DNA of 39,800 bases, taken from the NCBI GenBank assembly GCA_004431415.1, contig QPMI01000471.1, forward strand, positions 1 through 39,800. Reading direction: 5' to 3'. Position numbers and translations under genes: made by a program. The number at the start of each line of letters is the position of its first letter. Positions within the stretch are counted from its first letter, which is position 1. This DNA comes from Cyanophora paradoxa CCMP329 (Eukaryota > Plantae > Glaucophyta). A model generated the notes under the pieces. The model worked only from the letters and a program-made list of their open reading frames with translations. It was not told the origin of the DNA and searched no databases. Positions 32,233-39,800 of the stretch are shown one piece after another.

Positions 32233-35200
32233 ATGAGTATCACGAATCTCCCCTTTATCACTCGGGAAACCTTGTATTTGGATGACGGTTTCGAGCTCAG
32301 CAGTAACATTACCGCTTCCAATGTGACCATATCTTCGAACCTTGTGGTAAAAGACTTTCTATTAAATCAGAGCAACCTTCAATATATCGATATCACCAGC
32401 AATCTCCCTTTTACCTATGGCACTGATAACTCAGCCCTCGTAATATATCATGGGGGCTCACCTGTTGCATTCTTTGGCAGCAATTTCCCCACTGTGCGAA
32501 CCTTTCAGCACGAAATCAATAAAGCCCGCCCCATCCCACTGACAGCTGTCGTCGAATGGGATCCTGTTAAATATTCGCAGAGCATCACAAGCAATATTAC
32601 ACTCACTCGACCACATTTAATTGAGGTCATGGGGGTCGACCTTGTAAAGGAGTTTTATAGTGAGCGATTCACAAGAAACGAGCGAGATGTAGCCCAGGAT
32701 CTCGAAATCTCGGGTTTATCAATTGCTACCGCAGCAAACACGGCAGGGCTCGCTGTTTTAACAGGTGCAATCACCATCACTGATGCGATCATGTATTTAT
32801 CCCGCGATTTGGTGCCTTTGCTCGATCATCAATTTAATCTCGGGCAATCTAACACTGATGCTGTTAAGAAATGGCTGAATGTGTATGCCTATGATGGGTG
32901 GTTTGATGACTTGCACACGACTAACCTTTATAGCACGACCTCAAAAACAAGTAACATAATCTTGCCTTTCAATCACTCACTCCGACCTAATCAGATTCTT
33001 ACCAATGATAATGCACTGATCAGCTACACCGACTATAATAGTAACCTTTCCCGCTCGGTTTCGCAAACTGAGACCTACACTGTCGAGGGATACCCTCAGC
33101 AGCTCGCAAATGGGGTCTATGTCGCTTACGTAGGCAAACCTACATATACATTCACTTGGGATCAGTTGGGTGTCACAGGTTTCGAGACGAATATACCCAC
33201 TGTTTCATTGGTGGATCACACTACTTATTATAATCCTATCTATAACAATAATGAATCTAATAAAGCATTTATCCAAAATGTCACCTCCACAGGGTTTCAG
33301 GTTTCGTTTGTCATTAACGAGACATACAATTTACTTATCATCCGAAACAACTCATTGAGTTCCGAAGCTACTATTAGTTTCACTCTTAACATCAATTATA
33401 TCACCCCTGAATTCGATAGCAAACCCAGAGTGAAGGTTTACCGAGATTTACAAGGTAGCAATATCGTGCCCTTCTCACAGAATTTCGATCTTGGGGCGAA
33501 TTCTTTGAGGTGGAACACAGTTTATACTTTGAATGCAAACACCTGTAATATTGTGGTCGCAGGGTCATCGGCTACTATTGGAGATCTGACCGCCCCTTTC
33601 AAAAAGGAGTATCTTAAAGAGCTGTATATTACAAAGTCTGATTTACCAGATGCTATTTCGTTGGTGCTCTCCCCAACTCCCAGTATATCCTATCACAATG
33701 TGAAAGACACCAGTAATGTAGTGCAGAGGGGAAGCAAAGTATTCCAGGCATCCGAGATATCAGCAACAACATATAGATACCTTGCAGCGGTTCCAGCAAA
33801 TTTTAATTTCACATTTGAGACACCATTTGTTTCCCCTCCTACTATTGAAATAACTGACACGAATTTGTATGTGATCAATAATGGGTCGACCACCTCTATT
33901 AACAATGCACCAGCCGGCTACTCCCCATTTGTTGCAACTAACATAACAACCACCGGCTTCACACTTGTCGGAAATGCAACAGTGACATATGCTCTTACAG
34001 CATATCCTGTTGGGTTGTATTTTGCGAAATTTAATCTTTCAGCGATCCCACCTGTGTCCCTTTCTCCTCCCTTTACTATCAATTGGAAGGCAACAGGAAC
34101 AATACCTCGGTTTGACTCCGAAGATCGATTAAAAATAAGGTATCCTCTCGATGTGACCGACCTCCATACTACGAGAATAAATGGGCAGAATTTCGTATTT
34201 AATGGAACCAATGCGACTCTGATCGATAATCGAGTTACAAATAATTACTTTTTCGATTCTCGATATATTAATACTTGCAACATTGTCATACAGAACACGT
34301 TTGAGAATCGAAGTAAGACCTTAACAGTCACCTTGCCCACTCACTCGAATGTCTCAGATGGATTTTACTATTACCTGTTCAATCGCAATTACACCTCTTA
34401 TATTCCATATCCCTCTGAGACTGTGGACATGAGCTATCCCAAAGTCACCCTAACATCGACCAATGCTCACTTCTTTGGATCCACGGACTTTATGACCTTC
34501 TTTGCTTTCACATCCTCTACTGATGGGCTCTTAGTTTATTACACTTTCAGATATGATGCTGTTTGGACTCAGCTTGACAGCCACCCAAATACAGATGTAA
34601 TCGAAGTGGGCGATAAGAAATATATAAAAACCGCTTCCCCATGGGTGTGCACTGTCCGGCTCGATGACAGATACACTCCCAACCTAAATAACATTGGAAT
34701 GCACTCGACTTGCAATATTTATGTGCAAGGTGCAATTTCGGCTACCAAATATTTCGAGGGAGGGAACTGTGATGCAGGGCATCGATTGCTATCGCGAAAT
34801 GGATTCTTTGAGTCATTCAGTGGGACAGCTCTACCGCCCTTTATCAGGGACACAGTGTATGATACCACATGCAATATTTGGGTGTGTCGATCTGTGAGCA
34901 ATCCGCCTGTGACAAAGGAATTATATAAATATCTGTCAGATACCTATGGTGCAATCTCAGGATCCTCCACAGGAAATCCAGCGACGGCTCCTATCGTGTT
35001 TGCAAATGCATACACAGCGCCAACCTCATTGGCAGGGTCGACAGAACCGCCACCAAACGATCCCAATCCGAACCAGCCTAACCCAGATCCCGATTCAAAA
35101 GATCCCCCTACAACTGATCCAGATCCAAACACGACACCTAATAATCCCACTAATCCTACAAATCCAGTCGGAGCACCCGGAATGGATCCAGGAACGTTAG

Positions 35201-35559
35201 TGCTTCTCATTCTCTTGCCGATTCTCGGTGCTCTTGGACTTGTGCTTGCATACAAATTCCGAGCTTTATGTTGTGCTTGCATAGACAGAACCATTGCAGG
35301 TGCAGGTAATAAATACTCGGTGCCAGAAATGAATGTGACCCAAACAGCCGAAGGAGATGTGGGGTTAGAGGTGAGGTCAGCCGAGGGGCATGGTCTTAGT
35401 GTTGTGAGAACTGATCAACCACCAGCAAGTAGGGCAGCACCCAAAAAATCGCGAGCAGAACGAATGGCTGAATCAATAATAAAAGATAATGCAGACTTTA
35501 TGGCGGAAATTGCACAACGAGAGGGCAGAACATACGAGCTTCTCCCAATGCGACCCTAA
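32233..35559 (+). CDS. Large fibre/spike-like protein with C-terminal Pro-rich linker and transmembrane segment
   Basis: 1108 aa, Thr/Asn/Ser-rich. It has repeats of P....F(D/N)LG....W..VY and F..PF..PP......N(I/V)T.TGF....W.A.G, a PDP/PTN stalk, then TLVLLILLPILGALGLVLAY followed by KFRALCCAC. Confidence 0.7.
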   Translation: MSITNLPFITRETLYLDDGFELSSNITASNVTISSNLVVKDFLLNQSNLQYIDITSNLPFTYGTDNSALVIYHGGSPVAFFGSNFPTVRTFQHEINKARPIPLTAVVEWDPVKYSQSITSNITLTRPHLIEVMGVDLVKEFYSERFTRNERDVAQDLEISGLSIATAANTAGLAVLTGAITITDAIMYLSRDLVPLLDHQFNLGQSNTDAVKKWLNVYAYDGWFDDLHTTNLYSTTSKTSNIILPFNHSLRPNQILTNDNALISYTDYNSNLSRSVSQTETYTVEGYPQQLANGVYVAYVGKPTYTFTWDQLGVTGFETNIPTVSLVDHTTYYNPIYNNNESNKAFIQNVTSTGFQVSFVINETYNLLIIRNNSLSSEATISFTLNINYITPEFDSKPRVKVYRDLQGSNIVPFSQNFDLGANSLRWNTVYTLNANTCNIVVAGSSATIGDLTAPFKKEYLKELYITKSDLPDAISLVLSPTPSISYHNVKDTSNVVQRGSKVFQASEISATTYRYLAAVPANFNFTFETPFVSPPTIEITDTNLYVINNGSTTSINNAPAGYSPFVATNITTTGFTLVGNATVTYALTAYPVGLYFAKFNLSAIPPVSLSPPFTINWKATGTIPRFDSEDRLKIRYPLDVTDLHTTRINGQNFVFNGTNATLIDNRVTNNYFFDSRYINTCNIVIQNTFENRSKTLTVTLPTHSNVSDGFYYYLFNRNYTSYIPYPSETVDMSYPKVTLTSTNAHFFGSTDFMTFFAFTSSTDGLLVYYTFRYDAVWTQLDSHPNTDVIEVGDKKYIKTASPWVCTVRLDDRYTPNLNNIGMHSTCNIYVQGAISATKYFEGGNCDAGHRLLSRNGFFESFSGTALPPFIRDTVYDTTCNIWVCRSVSNPPVTKELYKYLSDTYGAISGSSTGNPATAPIVFANAYTAPTSLAGSTEPPPNDPNPNQPNPDPDSKDPPTTDPDPNTTPNNPTNPTNPVGAPGMDPGTLVLLILLPILGALGLVLAYKFRALCCACIDRTIAGAGNKYSVPEMNVTQTAEGDVGLEVRSAEGHGLSVVRTDQPPASRAAPKKSRAERMAESIIKDNADFMAEIAQREGRTYELLPMRP

Positions 35560-35588
35560 TTTTTGTAGTATGCCTTAATAGAGAAATA

Positions 35589-37049
35589 ATGACGGAACCC
35601 ATAGTAGAAACGACAGTAAAGAATGCTGTATTGGATAATCAATTTTATATAACCCATGGCAATATACCCAGTGAATCCAATGACCTAATTGTTAATCTAA
35701 AAGGCTATGTGATGGGAGCTATGGCTTCTAACCTATGGAATGACCTTTTCGGTTACGAGTTTGGTCACATCTATGACATTGCAAATGGGATCGGCTATGT
35801 GGATGCAATGGCAGGCACAGCCTTTCGCAATTTAAATTGCAACTGTGTGGGTGGGTGGATGTTTCAGATCTGTTCAAATGTCGATCCTACTATTGATCCC
35901 GCCACTGTGACCTTTGATTGCAATCTGTATGCCCCCAAAACCATTTTTTCTATCACTTGCAATCTCGTTAATTCGGATGTGCCCATAGTAGCACCTGTAA
36001 TAGGTGCATCAAATATGTATATCCAAAGAAATCCGGTCGTGCATACAGGCGCCGAATTTATATTAGGCGACAACACCCCAATTAGTCGACTCGAATTGCC
36101 CACGAATTTCACCTTTAATCTCGTGGATGAGTTCCCTAACAGTCAAAGTCTTATGTATTTCACCTCTGAAAATCGCCTTTCGGGTGCATTCTCACCCATC
36201 GAGCTTTCTATACCGAAACAAAGGTGAGCTATAAAGAGCTTACAGATGTGCCGGCGGGATTTAGTGGTAGATGGACTGATATTACTGAGAAGCCGACTTG
36301 GAGTAGTGTAGCATACACAGGAAATTACTATGATTTAGAGGGAACTCCCGATTTCACAAGTTATATACCTCGTTGGATCGATCAAGGTGTAATTATATCA
36401 GAATCTACACTTCCTTTCAATGGGACATGGGATAGGTTATTTACTAAGCCGAATTTGCATGCTGTTGCCACAAGTGGTGACTACAATGATTTAACTAACA
36501 CACCCAATGCACCGACCTTGCATGCTGTGGCTACAAGTGGGAGCTATACAGATTTAGTTAATACACCTAACCTCCACGCTGTGGCTACAAGTGGAAATAT
36601 GATGATCTGATTAACACACCTACTTCGCCACCCACTCACAATCACAGCATAGAGTTGCTCACGAATTTCGGTAGTTATGTGAATCCAAATGCATATGTGC
36701 AACAAGGGACAGCGAATGTAGTTTTGGAAAATAGAATATACAATGCAGGAGAGACCTTTCAGTTATCGGGAACGGTCGTATTCTCTACCCATTTTATAGT
36801 GATGCAGTGATTACTACCTCTATCGAGAATAGCTACAACTCTGTAAATTGGGAAATGACCAACTGTGTATATATCGGACCTGAGTATGTTAATAATGAGA
36901 GAGTAGGACTAAAAACTAAGTTTACATGGATCGTTAGATTCACAGCTTTCGCATCGACTAATTTCACAAATGTCACAGCAGCAAATCGCACCCTTAAACT
37001 CCATTGGACTGCTGTCGGACCTCTCCAAAACAATAATATTCTCACTTAA
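35589..37049 (+). CDS. Tail-fibre-like protein with LHAVATSGxYxDL repeats, probably one gene broken by frameshifts (about 36200, 36597, 36795)
   Basis: ORFs 35589..36227, 36224..36610 and 36807..37049 overlap or abut in shifting frames. Three LHAVATSG(D/S)YxDLxNTP repeats are present, and the C-terminus ends in LHWTAVG. Confidence 0.6.
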
Positions 37050-37070
37050 TAAGTAAAGAACAATCACACA

Positions 37071-38089
37071 ATGTCGACTGTGTTTACCCCTGTCTTCTCC
37101 CTCAGTGCATCAGCTGTCCATAATGTCCAACACACAGTCTATGATTTATCTCCGAGCCACCCTTCCACAGAGACAGCGAAAACCGATTCTTTTAATGACC
37201 AAAGTATACTCAGAGTCAAAGAACTCAGAGCTGACAAGATTGATGGACTCGTTAAAGCTACTCAAATAATCGTATCTAATCGACCCGCAATATCTTCGGG
37301 GCTGGTCACCAAAGAAAATCTATATGAGGGTCAACAGGATTCCAAAACGGCTTTTAATCCGGCTGATAGGAATTCGGCGGCTTTTCAAGTTTACAGTGGT
37401 GGGGCATGGATTGGGACTGGACTTGGAGTGAATGGGAATGCAACAGTGAGCGGGAATGCAACAGTTACTGGAAGCCTTACAGCTGGATCATTTGGGACAG
37501 TTAAAACGACGACTATTGATTCTGGGGCAAATACAGAGTTGGTGATCAAGCGAAATAATGAGAATATCGCTTCCACATTTGTAAACAGCTTCACCAATTC
37601 AACAAGTGGGCAGTTGCTGGAACTTACAGCTGGAAAGGTCTTACAGTCAATGGGACAAACTCTTATCTTGGGACTCCAAACCATCCTCGATTTTGCTATG
37701 GATTAAATACAACAGTAACATCAGCTGCAATTATCAACGCATGGGGGCATATCATTTTAGGATCAACATCATTTTCGAATGGAGTATTCACAGCACCCAT
37801 AGGAGGACATTACAGGTTCGTTTTCACAGCAATGACATCAAGATATGATACAGGAAACACACATGTTATTTTACAAGTAAATGGTGCAGATACAGCAGTG
37901 AATGCATTAGTAGGTGTTGTAACTAATGCAGATGAATATAGAAGATATCGCTGTCTCGGTTTCAACACTATTCAATCACTTAGTGCAGGTGATAGTGTGC
38001 GACTCAGATTAGCATTGGGTAGTCAGCTTTATGGTGATGCAAGCACTGCATTTTGTCAATGGTCAGGTGAATTAATTTCGGCAATATAA
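37071..38089 (+). CDS. Fibre protein with C-terminal C1q/TNF-like head, frameshifted
   Basis: Shaft repeats GNATVSGNATVTG (37071..37706). Later frames give TPNHPRF, NGVFTAPIGGHYRF, LSAGDSVRL and WSGELI (C1q-like pattern), ending at 38089. Confidence 0.7.
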
Positions 38090-38097
38090 GTAAAAGA

Positions 38098-38346
38098 ATG
38101 TCGAACATCTACCAAGTGGTTCTAACTGATACTGAAAAACTCGGAATGGAATACTGTGCCTACTCTGTTCAGGATTGGATCGATAATGCTGCTCATAATA
38201 GGGCGAGAATCGCGATTGATGAGATTGTGGACAAAGAAGTTAAATCGTGTATTGCTGCTGGAATTCCGATTCCACTCACAAAGGAAGCGATTGTAGAGCA
38301 AGCGTTTAATCGGGGACTGTTCGAAAGGCAAGCGAAATTCCTGTGA
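38098..38346 (+). CDS. Small protein resembling those that follow C1q-like fibre genes in marine bacteriophages
   Basis: 82 aa with LTDTE...MEY.A...QDWIDNA..NRARIA.DEI. The similarity is recalled, not searched. Confidence 0.65.
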   Translation: MSNIYQVVLTDTEKLGMEYCAYSVQDWIDNAAHNRARIAIDEIVDKEVKSCIAAGIPIPLTKEAIVEQAFNRGLFERQAKFL

Positions 38347-38405
38347 GTGCTCCTATGTAAGAGAGATGGGTTTATGTTATTTTTCATAGATCATGCATAA
38401 GAAAG

Positions 38406-39800
38406 GCATGTATCTTGCATAGTGGGCGGGGCGCACTTATCCCCTTCGTATCCACTTCGTATCCACTTCATATCCACTTTGTGTTCACTAAATTATATCG
38501 CACTGATTCAGTTTGCATTTTGCCCCCACCCTACACCCCACCCTATACTACAATCTCGTTATTTCTATACATATTTACTATCTAATTAATAGAGTTTATA
38601 CATTGAAATAAGTGAGGTGTATCGATAAGTAATACAGGGTGGGGAGGGTGGGTTGGGTGGGGTCTTTTTGCCCAAAAATATTTGACCCCCAAAAATTTAA
38701 GGGATTCAAAAAAATGCCCCACCTCACCCACTTACCCACCCTATCGAAGTCCGCACGATATCATAGTAGGCTACATCGGGATTGCGATCATATCACAGTG
38801 TATACAGTGAGGGTGGTGCCCACTTTCTCACCCCACCCTATCGATTCGCGATTCAGGGATCGCGAAATATACAGCACATGATACTTGTTTTTCTTAGTGA
38901 TCGCGCCGTTCTAATACGATCTGAATATATCATATCTCGTCGGTATCACGTCGGTTCAATATCGTAATTATTAAATGGTTGGCTGATACCACTTTCACAC
39001 CCACCCTCACACCCCACCCGGTATTAATTTAACATACATAATCTCTATACTTTATACATTAATTACATTGAAATCAATCATAAATATAATAAAAGATACA
39101 GGGTGGGGTAAGTGGGTTGGGTGGGGTCTTTTTGACCAAGAATTTTTGAGGGGGAATTATTTTAGGGAATTCAAAAAAATGCCCCACCTCACCCCACCCG
39201 CCCCACCCTATCGAAGTTATCGAAGTCCGATAAGTATCAAACCGGAAGTAAAAATAACACATCATGATTTTATGTGTGCCATCTTAGATTGGACTACCAT
39301 ACCGATACCACTCACACCCCACCCTCACACCCCACCCAGTATTAATTTAACATACTCAATCATACATATTTATATTTAAATTACATGAAATCAATCATAG
39401 ATAAAGAGAATAATACAGGGTGGGGTAAGTGGGGTTGGGTGGGGTCTTTTTTGACCAAGAATTTTTGGGAGTGAAACATTTTAGGGAATTCAAAAAAATG
39501 CCCCACCTCACCCCACCCGCCCCACCCTATCGAAGCTACGTAGGTGATACACATGACTATATGAGGCGCGTCCCAAGCAGCACATTGTAGTTGTTTTAGA
39601 TACACATCGCGCATCGTAAACACATATCGGCTATATCGCGATTACATATTATATATACATATTTTACAAAGATTCCACGATACTTATATTATTTTTATTG
39701 ATTCATTTACGAACTACCGATAGAATACATATCACATATCGATATACACTATGATAAAAATGCTAATATCTTTTATATAACTTATAGTAACACACATATA
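38406..39800 (-). repeat. Right terminal inverted repeat (uninterrupted; continues past the window end)
   Basis: Reverse complement of the left TIR. The last bases (GTAACACACATATA) match about 10914-10927. Confidence 0.95.

Larger units (their letters stand above)
10855..39800. mobile_element. Endogenous Polinton-like virus / Maverick-Polinton relative (about 29 kb; right terminus about 60 bp beyond the window)
   Basis: GC drops abruptly at 10855. Long TIRs enclose intronless, densely packed genes for rve integrase, pPolB, primase-helicase, A32 ATPase, and major and minor capsid proteins. Confidence 0.95.

Noticed and set aside
15299-38346. Adenain/Ulp1-like maturation protease expected in Mavericks and virophages
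   Set aside because: No ORF with the H-D/E-Q-C pattern was recognised; the absence is noted but a divergent gene cannot be excluded.

Overview
The window has two parts. Positions 1 to about 10854 are very GC-rich eukaryotic host DNA, probably from a protist or alga. They carry a 5'-truncated non-LTR retrotransposon (APE C-terminus, RT, RNase H, Zn knuckle; minus strand, running off the window), an F-box/LRR-like host gene, and a 275-bp TGT...ACA inverted-repeat element with tRNA-like boxes and a 4-bp target-site duplication. Positions 10855 to beyond 39800 are an almost complete, about 29-kb endogenous Polinton-like virus (Maverick/Polinton relative) with about 1.45-kb terminal inverted repeats (TIRs). 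It encodes an rve integrase, a protein-primed-type PolB, a PrimPol/PriCT-2/SF3 helicase, an A32 packaging ATPase, a major capsid protein, two divergent minor capsid proteins, three fibre-like genes, a RING protein and a putative homing endonuclease. The most unusual signals concern replication. The terminus is a 68-bp hairpin. A GGGTGGGG iteron/AT-rich module lies right behind the helicase stop codon and recurs three times in each TIR. The PolB has lost its exonuclease motifs and the GSGW motif of its terminal-protein region. A 1.58-kb non-autonomous Helitron/Helentron-like element has inserted into the left TIR only. Most frameshifts fall in homopolymer runs, so they are probably long-read errors and the virus may be intact. 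All calls come from reading motifs by eye; no database search was run.
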